Source: Pseudoxanthomonas suwonensis (lineage in GTDB: Bacteria; Pseudomonadota; Gammaproteobacteria; Xanthomonadales; Xanthomonadaceae). From it: DNA of 64,000 nt. Of the stretch, positions 11,287-20,820 are shown piece after piece; within the stretch, counting starts at the first letter, position 1, and every line of letters begins with the position of its first letter. The notes under the pieces were generated by a model, which had not been told where the DNA came from, ran no database searches, and worked only from the letters and a program-made list of their open reading frames with translations. The stretch is taken from assembly GCA_003240695.1 (NCBI GenBank), contig QFNC01000009.1:31471-95470 (forward strand), in the 5' to 3' direction. Made by a program: the position numbers and the translations under genes.

Positions 11287-13659
11287 ATGTCGAATGCAGT
11301 ACTTGTAAGACGTGCCGCCGTGCTCGGTGCTGGCGTGATGGGCGCGCAGATCGCGGCGCACCTGACCAATGCCGGCGTGGACACCGTGCTCTTTGACCTG
11401 CCGGCGAAGGACGGCGACCCCAACGGCGTGGTGAACAAGGCCATCGCCAACCTAAGCAAGCTGTCCCCCGCGCCGCTGGCCAGCAAGTCGCTGGCGGCCG
11501 CCATCACCCCGGCCAACTACGACACCGGCCTGGAGCAGCTGCGCCACTGCGACCTGATCATCGAGGCGATCGCCGAACGGATGGACTGGAAGCAGGATCT
11601 GTACCGCAAAATCGCCGACTTCGTGCCCGAGCATGCAATTCTGGCCAGCAACACATCCGGCTTGGGAATCAACAAGTTGTCGGATGTTCTTCCTGAGAAA
11701 CTTCAACCCCGATTCTGCGGGGTTCACTTCTTCAATCCGCCGCGCTACATGCATCTGGCGGAACTGATTCCTGCCCGTCGCACCGACCCGGCAGTGCTGG
11801 AAGGGCTGGAGACCTTCCTGACCAGCACCCTCGGCAAGGGCGTGGTGTACGCGCGCGACACGCCAAATTTCATCGGCAACCGCATCGGCGTGTTCTCGAT
11901 CCTGGCCACAATGCACCACACCGATGCGTTCGGACTGGGCTTCGATACGGTGGATGCGCTGACCGGCCCGGCGATCGGCCGGCCCAAATCCGCCACTTAC
12001 CGCACCGCCGACGTGGTCGGGCTGGACACCATGGCCCATGTCATCAAGACCATGGCCGACACCCTGCCCAACGACCCCTGGCACCGCTATTTCCAGGCGC
12101 CGAAATGGCTGACCGCGCTGATCGAGAAGGGCGCACTGGGCCAGAAGACCGGCGCCGGCATCTACAGCAAGCGCGGCAAGGACATCGGGGTGCTGGACCT
12201 GCAGGCGCAGGATTACCGGCCCAGCCAGCAGGACGTCGATCCGGAAGTCGGCGCGATCCTGAAGGAAAAGGATCCGGCCAAGAAGTTCGCCGCGCTGCGC
12301 GCCAGCCAGCACCCACAGGCGCAGTTCCTGTGGGCGGTGTTCCGCGACCTGTTCCACTACAGCGCCTACCACCTGGCCGACATCGCCGAAACCGCCCGCG
12401 ACGTGGATCTGGCCATCCGCTGGGGTTACGGCTGGTCGCTGGGGCCGTTCGAGACTTGGCAGGCCGCCGGCTGGAAGCAGGTGGCCGACTGGATCGCCGA
12501 GGACATCGTGGCCGGCAAGGCCATGAGCAGCGAACCCCTGCCCGACTGGGTGTTCGATGGCCGTGACGGCGTGCACGCGGCCGATGGCAGCTACAGCCCC
12601 GGCAAGAATGCCAAGCTGCCCCGCTCCGCCCTGCCGGTGTACAAGCGCCAGCGCTTTCCCGATCCGCTGCTGGGCGAACGCGCCGATCCGGGCGAAACGG
12701 TGTTCGAGAACGACGGCCTGCGCATGTGGCACGACGGCGACGACGTGGCCGTGGTCAGCTTCAAGACCAAGATGCACACCGTGAACGACGCGGTCATCGA
12801 CGGCCTGCAGGACGCCGTGGCCCGTGCCGAGCGCGGTTTCAAGGGTCTGGTGGTGTGGCAGCACAAGGAACCGTTCTCGGCCGGCGCCGACCTGTCCGGT
12901 GCGCTGGGCCTGCTGCAGGCCGGAAAAATGGATGCCTTCGAAGCCATGGTGGCCAATTTCCAGAATGCCAGCCAGGCGATCAAGTACGCGCTGGTGCCGG
13001 TGGTGACCGCGGTGCGCGGCCTGGCGTTGGGCGGCGGCTGCGAATTCCAGATGCACAGCGCCAGGACCGTGGCCGGACTGGAAAGCTACATCGGACTGGT
13101 GGAAGCCGGCGTGGGCCTGCTTCCGGCCGGTGGCGGCCTGAAGGAACTGGCGGTACGTGCTTCCGAGGCCGCCGGCGCCAATGGTCCGGTGTTCGACGAA
13201 CTGAAGAAGGTGTTCGAGACCGTGGCGATGGCCAAGGTGTCCACCTCGGCGGTGGAAGCGAAGGAGCTGGGCCTGCTGCGTCCGCAGGACACGGTGGTGT
13301 TCAACGCCTACGAACTGCTGCACATCGCCAAGGGCCAGGCCACGATGCTGGCCGACGCCGGCTACCGGCCGCCGCGGCCGGCGCGCCAGATCCGTGTGGC
13401 AGGCGACGTGGGCATCGCCACCTTCAAGATGCTGCTGGTCAACATGCGCGAAGGCCGTTTCATCAGTCCTTATGACGAGGAAATCGCCACCCGGATCGCA
13501 ACCGTGCTGTGCGGCGGCAATGTCGACCGCAACAGCATCGTCGACGAGGACTGGCTGCTGGCACTGGAGCGCAAGCACTTCGTGGAACTGGCGCAGCAGC
13601 CGAAAACCCAGGAACGCGTGGCGCACATGCTGAAGACCGGCAAGCCGCTGCGCAACTGA
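11287..13659 (+). CDS. fadB: Multifunctional fatty-acid oxidation protein (3-hydroxyacyl-CoA dehydrogenase N-terminal + enoyl-CoA hydratase C-terminal; FadN/FadB-like)
   Basis: 790 aa. N-terminal NAD-binding motif (AAVLGAGVMGAQIA) with the 3HCDH signature. C-terminal crotonase fold. Confidence 0.9.
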   Translation: MSNAVLVRRAAVLGAGVMGAQIAAHLTNAGVDTVLFDLPAKDGDPNGVVNKAIANLSKLSPAPLASKSLAAAITPANYDTGLEQLRHCDLIIEAIAERMDWKQDLYRKIADFVPEHAILASNTSGLGINKLSDVLPEKLQPRFCGVHFFNPPRYMHLAELIPARRTDPAVLEGLETFLTSTLGKGVVYARDTPNFIGNRIGVFSILATMHHTDAFGLGFDTVDALTGPAIGRPKSATYRTADVVGLDTMAHVIKTMADTLPNDPWHRYFQAPKWLTALIEKGALGQKTGAGIYSKRGKDIGVLDLQAQDYRPSQQDVDPEVGAILKEKDPAKKFAALRASQHPQAQFLWAVFRDLFHYSAYHLADIAETARDVDLAIRWGYGWSLGPFETWQAAGWKQVADWIAEDIVAGKAMSSEPLPDWVFDGRDGVHAADGSYSPGKNAKLPRSALPVYKRQRFPDPLLGERADPGETVFENDGLRMWHDGDDVAVVSFKTKMHTVNDAVIDGLQDAVARAERGFKGLVVWQHKEPFSAGADLSGALGLLQAGKMDAFEAMVANFQNASQAIKYALVPVVTAVRGLALGGGCEFQMHSARTVAGLESYIGLVEAGVGLLPAGGGLKELAVRASEAAGANGPVFDELKKVFETVAMAKVSTSAVEAKELGLLRPQDTVVFNAYELLHIAKGQATMLADAGYRPPRPARQIRVAGDVGIATFKMLLVNMREGRFISPYDEEIATRIATVLCGGNVDRNSIVDEDWLLALERKHFVELAQQPKTQERVAHMLKTGKPLRN

Positions 13660-13679
13660 TCGACGACGAGGACATCATC

Positions 13680-14885
13680 ATGAACAAGCAAATCCAAGAC
13701 GCCTACATCGTCGCCGCTACCCGCACCCCGGTCGGCAAGGCACCCAAGGGCGTGTTCCGCAACACCCGTCCCGACGACCTGCTGGCCCACGTGCTGAAGG
13801 CCGTCGTGGCACAGGCCCCGGGCATCGACGTGAACCGCATCGAGGACGCGGTGATCGGCTGCGCCATGCCCGAAGGCGAGCAAGGCATGAACGTGGCCCG
13901 CATCGGCGTGCTGCTGGCCGGGCTGCCGCACACCGTGGCCGCGCAGACCATCAACCGCTTCTGCTCGTCCGGGCTGCAGGCCGTGGCCTTGGCCGCGGAC
14001 CAGATCCGGCTGGGCACGGCCGACCTGGTGCTGGCCGGCGGCACCGAAAGCATGAGCATGGTGCCGATGATGGGCCATCACCCATCGCTGTCGCCGGAGG
14101 TGTTCAACGCCGGCCACGACGCCATCGCGCTGGGCATGGGCATCACCGCCGAAAACGTGGCCGAACAGTGGAAGGTGACCCGCGAGGAGCAGGATGCCTT
14201 CGCGCTGGCCTCGCACCAGAAGGCACTGAAGGCGATCGCCGATGGCGCGTTCCGCAGCGAAATCAGCCCGTACGAAGTGGTCTCGCACCAACCCGATCTG
14301 GCCGGCAACGTGGTGCGCCTGCGCCAGCTGCTGGTGGAAAACGACGAAGGCCCGCGTGCCGACACCACCCTGGAAGGCCTGGCCAAACTGCGGCCGGTGT
14401 TCCGCAACGGCCAGTTCGGCGGTACCGTCACCGCCGGCAATTCGTCGCAGATGAGCGACGGCGCCGCAGCCGTTCTGCTCGCCTCCGAGCAGGCGATCAA
14501 GGACTACGGCCTGACCCCGCTGGCGCGCTTCGTCAGCTTCTCGGTGGCGGGCGTGAAGCCGGAGATCATGGGCATCGGTCCGATCGAGGCCATCCCCAAG
14601 GCTCTGAAGCACGCCGGACTGAGCAAGGACCAGATCGACTGGATCGAACTCAATGAAGCCTTCGCCGCGCAGGCGCTGGCGGTGATCAAGGACAGCCAGC
14701 TGGATCCGGCCAAGGTGAACCCGCTGGGTGGCGCGATTGCCTTGGGCCATCCGCTGGGCGCCACCGGCGCGGTGCGCACCGCGACCATCGTGCACGGCCT
14801 GCGCAACCGCCAGCAGAAGTACGGAATGGTGACCATGTGCATCGGCACCGGCATGGGCGCGGCGGGGATTTTCGAAGCACTGTGA
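13680..14885 (+). CDS. fadA: 3-ketoacyl-CoA thiolase (acetyl-CoA C-acyltransferase)
   Basis: Thiolase motifs (NRFCSSGLQAV, C-terminal CIGTGMGAA). ATG at 13680 lies 21 nt after the fadB stop. The upstream extension in the track is out of context. Confidence 0.9.
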   Translation: MNKQIQDAYIVAATRTPVGKAPKGVFRNTRPDDLLAHVLKAVVAQAPGIDVNRIEDAVIGCAMPEGEQGMNVARIGVLLAGLPHTVAAQTINRFCSSGLQAVALAADQIRLGTADLVLAGGTESMSMVPMMGHHPSLSPEVFNAGHDAIALGMGITAENVAEQWKVTREEQDAFALASHQKALKAIADGAFRSEISPYEVVSHQPDLAGNVVRLRQLLVENDEGPRADTTLEGLAKLRPVFRNGQFGGTVTAGNSSQMSDGAAAVLLASEQAIKDYGLTPLARFVSFSVAGVKPEIMGIGPIEAIPKALKHAGLSKDQIDWIELNEAFAAQALAVIKDSQLDPAKVNPLGGAIALGHPLGATGAVRTATIVHGLRNRQQKYGMVTMCIGTGMGAAGIFEAL

Positions 14886-14911
14886 GCGGTACCGATACTG
14901 CATGACGAGAG

Positions 14912-14938
14912 AAACGGCCCGCATGGGCCGTTTTTTTT
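14912..14938. terminator. Rho-independent terminator (ACGGCCC-GCAT-GGGCCGT + T8) between fadA and the convergent feo operon
   Basis: Perfect 7-bp stem with a 4-nt loop followed by TTTTTTTT on the plus strand. Confidence 0.8.
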
Positions 14939-14973
14939 CCGTATCGGATCGCCGAAATCCGGCCAGTCCGGAT

Positions 14974-15207
14974 TCAGCCGCAACCGTTGCAGCCGCCGCA
15001 CCCTGCGCTTGCTGCGGCTGCTGGAGCCAGGCGACGCCCCATCTGCTGCAGCCAGCCGGGGCGGTTCGGCCGCAGCAACCATGCCGCCACGCGCAGCCTC
15101 AACGCACGTGCGGCGCGCGGAAAACGGCTTCGAAACACGAATGCCGCACTGGCGATGACCGCCACCGCGATCACCATGTATTGCAGGAACAGGGACGTGT
15201 CCATCAT
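14974..15207 (-). CDS. FeoB-associated Cys-rich small membrane protein (77 aa), hidden inside a long spurious ORF
   Basis: C-terminal 77 codons of track ORF 14974-16833: MMDTSLFLQYMVIAVAVIASAAFVF...AAASAGCGGCNGCG. One N-terminal TM helix and a C-terminal CGGCxGC motif are typical of the FeoB-associated Cys-rich family. ATG overlaps the feoB stop (ATGATGG/TGA). Confidence 0.6.
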   Translation of the reverse strand: MMDTSLFLQYMVIAVAVIASAAFVFRSRFPRAARALRLRVAAWLLRPNRPGWLQQMGRRLAPAAAASAGCGGCNGCG

Positions 15208-17078
15208 CCGGCGCCCAGTGCCATGGCCACGCGGTAGGTGATGAACGCGGCGAGATAGGCCATGCCAAACAGATAACCGGTGGCGATGGCCACCTGCTTC
15301 CACGAATGCGTTTCGCGCCGGATGGTGGCCAGGGTGGAAATGCACTGCGGCGCGTAGATGAACCACACCAGCAGCGACAAGGCGGTGGCCAGCGACCAGT
15401 CGGCGGCCAGGATCGGTTTCAGCGCCTCGGTGGCGGCGGCCTCGTCGGTCACCGACAGGGCATACACCGTGGCCAGCGATGACACTGCCACTTCGCGCGC
15501 GGCCATGCCCGGCACCAGCGCGATGCTGATCTGCCAGTTGAATCCCAGTGGTGCAAAGACTGCAGCCAGTACGTGACCGATGCGGCCGGCGAAGCTGTAA
15601 TCGATGGCCGGTCCGGTGAAATCCGGCGGCGGCGCGGGGAATGTCAGCAGAAACCACAGCAGCACGGTCAGCGCCAGAATGATGCCACCCACGCGCTTGA
15701 GGAAGATCATCGCCCGCTCCCACAGGCCGATCAGCAGATCGCGCGGATGCGGCACGCGGTACGAGGGCAATTCCAGCAGCAGCAAGTGCTCGCTCCGGTC
15801 GCGCCGCCACAGTTTCATCATCCACGACACCAGCAGGGCGCTGACGATGCCGGCCATGTACAGCCCGAACAGCACCAGGCCCTGCAGATTCAAGATTCCG
15901 GCGACCTGTCGCTGCGGGATGAAGGCGCCGATCAGCAGTGCGTACACCGGCAGCCGCGCCGAGCAGGTCATCAGCGGCGCCACCAGGATGGTGGCCAGGC
16001 GGTCGCGGGGATCGTGGATGGAGCGTGTGGCCATGATGCCGGGCACCGCGCACGCGAAACTGGACAGCAGCGGAATGAACGACCGTCCGGACAATCCCGC
16101 ACTGGCCATCAACCGGTCCAGCAGGAATGCAGCACGCGGCAGATAACCGCTTTCCTCCAACGCCAGAATGAAGGCGAACAGGATCAGGATCTGCGGCAGG
16201 AAGATCACCACCCCGCCCAACCCTGCGATCACCCCATCCACCAGCAGGCTTTGCAAAGGCCCCTCGGGCAGCCAACTGCCCACCTGACCACCCAGCCAGC
16301 CGGTTCCGGCCTCGATCAGGTCCATCAGCGGCGTGGCCCAGGCGAACACCGCCTGGAAGATCAGGAACATCACCACAGCCAGCGCCAGAATGCCGACGAC
16401 CGGATGCAGCAGCCAGCGGTCCAGGGCATCGTCGATGCGCGACGCTTCGGCAGGCGTGGACACGGCCAATGCCATCAGCCGGCGTGTTTCGGCATGCAGA
16501 TCCATTGGCGATGCCGCTTCTCCGGGCTGCGGCAGCGGCAACGTGCGTGCCCGCTCCAGCTGCTGTTCGATGCACTCGATCAGCGCCTGCGCGCCGCCGC
16601 TGCGCACGGCCACGGTCTCCACCACCGGCATGCCCAGTTCGCGCTGCAGCAATGCGGCATCGATGCGGATGCCGCGGCGTTCGGCCACGTCGGCCTGGTT
16701 CAGCGCCACCACCATCGGCCGGCCGAGCGCGCGCAACTCCAGCACGAAACGCAGGTGCAGGCGCAGGTTGGTGGCATCCACCACGCACACCAGCAGGTCC
16801 GGGACCGGTTCGCCGGGATAGAAGCCGCGGCACACGTCGCGTGCGATGGCTTCCTCCAGGCTGGCCGGCTGCAGGCTGTACGCACCGGGCAGATCCAGCA
16901 CCGCATAACTGCGGCCGGACGCTGTCTGCAGGCGGCCTTCCTTGCGCTCCACGGTCACGCCGGTGTAGTTGGCCACCTTCTGCCGGCTGCCGGTCAACTG
17001 GTTGAACAGCGCCGTCTTGCCGCTGTTGGGATTGCCGATCAGGGCCAGCCTGGGCACGGGTGAGACATCCGCCGTCAC
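15204..17078 (-). CDS. feoB: Ferrous iron transporter FeoB (N-terminal G-protein + membrane permease)
   Basis: G-domain GNPNSGKTALFNQLTG...DLPG, then a polytopic membrane domain, 624 aa. Confidence 0.95.
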   Translation of the reverse strand: MTADVSPVPRLALIGNPNSGKTALFNQLTGSRQKVANYTGVTVERKEGRLQTASGRSYAVLDLPGAYSLQPASLEEAIARDVCRGFYPGEPVPDLLVCVVDATNLRLHLRFVLELRALGRPMVVALNQADVAERRGIRIDAALLQRELGMPVVETVAVRSGGAQALIECIEQQLERARTLPLPQPGEAASPMDLHAETRRLMALAVSTPAEASRIDDALDRWLLHPVVGILALAVVMFLIFQAVFAWATPLMDLIEAGTGWLGGQVGSWLPEGPLQSLLVDGVIAGLGGVVIFLPQILILFAFILALEESGYLPRAAFLLDRLMASAGLSGRSFIPLLSSFACAVPGIMATRSIHDPRDRLATILVAPLMTCSARLPVYALLIGAFIPQRQVAGILNLQGLVLFGLYMAGIVSALLVSWMMKLWRRDRSEHLLLLELPSYRVPHPRDLLIGLWERAMIFLKRVGGIILALTVLLWFLLTFPAPPPDFTGPAIDYSFAGRIGHVLAAVFAPLGFNWQISIALVPGMAAREVAVSSLATVYALSVTDEAAATEALKPILAADWSLATALSLLVWFIYAPQCISTLATIRRETHSWKQVAIATGYLFGMAYLAAFITYRVAMALGAG

Positions 17079-17327
17079 GACCCGTCTCCGATGTCCAGCG
17101 TCACCTGCACGCGCGCCGCTTCGCTGCGCCGCAACGCGAACCGCGTGTTGCCGATCTGCACCAGCAAGGGTTCCGCCCCGAACGGTCCGGCGGCGGTCAC
17201 CTTCACGGATTCGCCGGCAACGAACCCCAGTTCGCCCAGACGGCGGGCGATGCCGTCGTTGTCGCCGGTGGCGGTCACCTCATCCACGATGGCCGGACGG
17301 TGGCGAGGAAGCTCGGTCAGGTTCACG
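17075..17327 (-). CDS. feoA: Ferrous iron transport protein FeoA (GTG start)
   Basis: C-terminal ~84 codons of the over-extended track ORF 17075-18655 have a FeoA SH3-like sequence (LTELPRHRPAIVDEV...IGNTRFALRRSEAARVQV). GTG at 17325-17327. Overlaps the feoB start. Confidence 0.75.
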
Positions 17328-17365
17328 TCGCGCGGAAAATAGGAATGGTTCTCAATTGTAGCACC
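17328..17365 (-). promoter_or_regulatory. AT-rich island upstream of feoA: candidate promoter / degenerate Fur box
   Basis: GCTACAATTGAGAACCATTCCTATTTTCC (minus-strand sense) is the only AT-rich patch in a ~70% GC context, directly 5' of feoA. The hexamer pattern GAGAAC/CATTCC/TATTTT is loosely Fur-box-like. fur is encoded in the window. Confidence 0.35.
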
Positions 17366-17414
17366 ACCGTGCCCTGCATGAGTTGCGGGTGCCACGGCGT
17401 TTATGATGGGTCGA

Positions 17415-18220
17415 TGACCGATCGCATCCTGCCCTCCGCCCTGCGCGACAGCCTGCAACTGGACCTTGCCGACCAGGTCGCCACGTTGCGGCTGAATCGC
17501 CCGCAGCTGCACAACGCCTTCGACGATGGACTGATCGATGCCCTGACCGGCTGCCTGCAACGTCTGGGCGCGGATGCCGACATCAGGGCGGTGGTGCTGG
17601 CCGGCAACGGCGCGTCGTTTTCCGCTGGCGCCGATCTGCACTGGATGCAGCGCATGGCCGCGGCAGACGAAGCCGAAAACCGTCGCGATGCGCTTGCGCT
17701 GGCCCGGTTGATGCGGGTGCTGGATGAACTGCCCAAACCCACCGTTGCCCGCGTGCATGGTGCAGCGTTCGGCGGCGGCGTGGGCCTGATCGCCTGCTGC
17801 GACATCGCCATCGGCGTGCCCGAAGCCCGGTTCGGCCTGACCGAAGCCCGACTGGGCCTGCTGCCGGCGGTGATTTCGCCCTACGTGATCCGCGCCATCG
17901 GCAGCCGCAGCGCGCGCCGCTACTTCGCCACGGCAGAGCGCTTCGACGCATCCGAAGCCCTGCGCATCGGCCTGCTGCATCAGGTGGTGGATGCCGCACA
18001 GCTGGATGCCGCCGTGCAGCGACAGCTCGATCTGCTGCGCAAGGCCGGGCCGCTGGCCACTGCAAGTGCCAAGCAACTCGTGCGCGATGTGCTCGCCCAT
18101 GCTGACACCGATCGCCATGATGCCGACAACGCTGCGTTGATCGCGCGCCTGCGCGTTTCGCCTGAGGGACAGGAAGGCATCGGCGCGTTCCTTGAGAAGC
18201 GGCCCGCGGCGTGGCAATAG
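17415..18220 (+). CDS. liuC: Enoyl-CoA hydratase family, probable methylglutaconyl-CoA hydratase
   Basis: Crotonase fold (AGNGASFSAGADL...FGGGVGL). Context: followed by MCCase alpha and HMG-CoA lyase. Confidence 0.7.
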
Positions 18221-18256
18221 AATGAATCCGACCCAATCCCTCGCATCGCCATCGCC

Positions 18257-18793
18257 ATGACCACCGAAACCTACCGCATCGACATCAACCGCACCAAGAT
18301 CGTCCTGTCCGTCATCGTCCTGTTCGCGCTGGCAATAGGCTCGATATGGATGTGGATGCGCGGCCCTTCTCCGGATGCCGTGTTTCCGTTGCACCGCAGC
18401 CCCACAGCGCATCTGATCACGAGCATCTGCGGTGTCGTGTTCGGGATCGGCTTCGGTGCCCTCGGGCTGCGCAGGCTGATGACCAGCGAACCACCCTTGA
18501 TGCTCAACCCGCAGGCCTTGTACATGAACATCGACGGCTTCCGAATCCCCTGGACCGACATCGAGGCGATCGAGTCGGTCGAGCACGACGCCGGGCCGGG
18601 CTATGTCGTGCGGCTGAAGAATCCGCAGAAGTTCCTGGACGAGCATGCCGATCATCGCAACGCCCGTGCGCTGAAGGAAGCCAACTGGACGCTCGGTACG
18701 CCCATCGTGTTCTACATTTCCGGATTGAACATGGACCGGGAGAAGTTCGAGCGCGTGGCTACCGGATACATGGCTCGCGCCGCCAACGAGTGA
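18257..18793 (+). CDS. Hypothetical small membrane protein (2 predicted TM) inserted between liuC and liuD
   Basis: 178 aa. TM1 is IVLSVIVLFALAIGSIWMW and TM2 is LITSICGVVFGIGFGALGL. No recognisable family. Somewhat lower GC than its neighbours. Confidence 0.5.
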   Translation: MTTETYRIDINRTKIVLSVIVLFALAIGSIWMWMRGPSPDAVFPLHRSPTAHLITSICGVVFGIGFGALGLRRLMTSEPPLMLNPQALYMNIDGFRIPWTDIEAIESVEHDAGPGYVVRLKNPQKFLDEHADHRNARALKEANWTLGTPIVFYISGLNMDREKFERVATGYMARAANE

Positions 18794-18795
18794 AC

Positions 18796-20820
18796 ATGTT
18801 CGCCTCCATCCTCATCGCCAACCGCGGCGAAATCGCCTGCCGCATCATCCGCACCTGTCGCCGGCTGGGCATCCGCACCATCGCGGTGTACTCGCAGGCC
18901 GATGCCGATGCACAGCACGTGCGCCTGGCCGATGCGGCCTACCCCATCGGTGGGCCACGCCCGCAGGACAGCTACCTGCGCGGCGATGCGATCCTGCAGG
19001 CCGCCCGGGACAGCGGCGCGCAGGCCATCCATCCCGGTTACGGATTCCTCAGCGAAAACGCCGACTTTGCCGAGGCGGTCGAAGCCGCCGGCCTGGTGTT
19101 CATCGGACCAAGCTCCGCCAGCATGCGCGCGATGGGCAGCAAGGCCGGCGCCAAGGAACTGATGGCCGCCGCCGGCGTGCCGGTGGTGCCGGGCTACACC
19201 GGCCAGGACCAGTCGCTGGCCACGCTGCAGCGCGAGGCCGACCGCATCGGCTACCCGTTGATGATCAAGGCCGCGCACGGTGGAGGCGGCAAGGGCATGC
19301 GCATCGTGCGCGAGGCAGCCGAATTCGCGGCGAACCTGGAAAGCTGCCAGCGCGAGGCCGCCAACGCCTTCGGCCGCGACCGGGTGCTGCTGGAACGCTA
19401 CATCGAGCAGCCGCGCCACATCGAGATCCAGATCTTCGGCGACCATCACGGCGGCCTAATCCATCTGAACGAGCGCGAATGCTCGGCGCAACGGCGCTAC
19501 CAGAAGGTGCTGGAGGAATCCCCTTCCCCGTTCCTCACCCCCGAACTGCGCCAGGCCATGGGCGCGGCCGGCGTGCTGGCGGGCCAGGCGATCGACTACG
19601 CCAATGCCGGTACGGTGGAATTCATCGTCGGCCAGGACGGCCGGTTCTATTTGATGGAAATCAACACCCGCTTGCAGGTGGAACATCCGGTCACCGAGCT
19701 GGTGTCCGGCCTGGATCTGGTGGAATGGCAGCTGCGCGTGGCCGCGGGGGAACCACTGCCGCTGCGGCAGGAGCAGATCGCGCAGCACGGCCATGCCATC
19801 GAAGTGCGCCTGTATGCCGAAGACCCGGAAGCCGGCTTCCTGCCCGGTTCGGGCGTGCTGACCCGGCTGCGGCTGCCGCAGCCGTCCGCACACGTACGCG
19901 TGGATGCCGGCGTGATGGAAGGCGACACGGTCAGCATCTTCTACGATCCGATGATCGCCAAGCTCATCGTGCACGACGCTGACCGGCCACGCGCCCTGGC
20001 ACGCCTGCGCGAGGCGCTGATGCACACCGAGGTGCAGGGGCCGAAATCGAACATCGCCTTCCTGGAACGCCTGGTGCGGCACCCGGCAGTCGTGGAAGGC
20101 CGCATCGACACCGGGTTTCTCGACCGCCATCCGGACCTGGGCGCAGCCGATGCCGCGGAAGCCGGTATCGATGCACGCGTTGCCGCAGCGGCCGTGGTGC
20201 AGCTGCTGCGCCAGGAAGCCATGCAGGCTGCCACCGCTGCACAGTCGGACGATCCGATCTCGCCGTGGCGCCTGGCCGATGGCTGGCGCCTGAGCGGTGA
20301 AGGCCGGCGGCAGCTGGCTTTCGAGATCGGCAGGCGCGTGGTGAACCTGCAGGCAGCGGGCAGCAACGGACGCTATCGGCTGCACGCGGACGGCCGCGAC
20401 GTCCAGGTGGATGGCGCACATCTGGCCGACGGCTGGCTTGGCCTGCGCATGGATGGCGTGGCCCGACGGTTTCGCGTGGGTGGCGACGACGATACCCTGA
20501 TCGTGCACGATGGCGAGCGGCGTCTGCTGCTGCATCCGCGCCCGGTGTACAAGCCTGCGGCACAGGCCGTGGCTGGAGGCGATGATCGGATCACCGCACC
20601 GATGCCCGGACGAGTGGTGGTGGTGAAGGTCCAGCCGGGTGATACTGTCGGCATTGGCCAGGAACTGCTGGTGCTGGAGGCGATGAAGATGGAATTGAGC
20701 CTGAAATCCCCACGCGACGGCATCGTGGCCGAGGTGCGTGCAGCCGAGGGCGATTTCGCGGATGCGGATGCGGCGCTGGTGCTGCTGGAACAGCCGAATC
20801 ACGCAGGAGACGCCCCATGA
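18796..20820 (+). CDS. liuD: Methylcrotonyl-CoA carboxylase alpha subunit (biotin carboxylase + biotinyl domain)
   Basis: ATP-grasp biotin-carboxylase domain (MFASILIANRGEIACRIIRT...), C-terminal biotinyl motif EAMKME. ATG at 18796 is in frame within track ORF 18346-20820. Confidence 0.85.
   Translation: MFASILIANRGEIACRIIRTCRRLGIRTIAVYSQADADAQHVRLADAAYPIGGPRPQDSYLRGDAILQAARDSGAQAIHPGYGFLSENADFAEAVEAAGLVFIGPSSASMRAMGSKAGAKELMAAAGVPVVPGYTGQDQSLATLQREADRIGYPLMIKAAHGGGGKGMRIVREAAEFAANLESCQREAANAFGRDRVLLERYIEQPRHIEIQIFGDHHGGLIHLNERECSAQRRYQKVLEESPSPFLTPELRQAMGAAGVLAGQAIDYANAGTVEFIVGQDGRFYLMEINTRLQVEHPVTELVSGLDLVEWQLRVAAGEPLPLRQEQIAQHGHAIEVRLYAEDPEAGFLPGSGVLTRLRLPQPSAHVRVDAGVMEGDTVSIFYDPMIAKLIVHDADRPRALARLREALMHTEVQGPKSNIAFLERLVRHPAVVEGRIDTGFLDRHPDLGAADAAEAGIDARVAAAAVVQLLRQEAMQAATAAQSDDPISPWRLADGWRLSGEGRRQLAFEIGRRVVNLQAAGSNGRYRLHADGRDVQVDGAHLADGWLGLRMDGVARRFRVGGDDDTLIVHDGERRLLLHPRPVYKPAAQAVAGGDDRITAPMPGRVVVVKVQPGDTVGIGQELLVLEAMKMELSLKSPRDGIVAEVRAAEGDFADADAALVLLEQPNHAGDAP

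Noticed and set aside
11452-14924. 724-aa and 484-aa minus-strand ORFs antisense to fadB and fadA
   Set aside because: GC-driven open frames. The sense strands carry canonical fatty-oxidation domains.
14974-16833. 619-aa minus ORF overlapping feoB in another frame
   Set aside because: Only the terminal 77 codons (after the feoB stop) look genuine. The rest is out-of-frame overlap with feoB.
17075-18655. 526-aa minus ORF extending feoA upstream through liuC
   Set aside because: Only the last ~84 codons are FeoA-like. The extension is antisense to liuC and to the 18257 gene.
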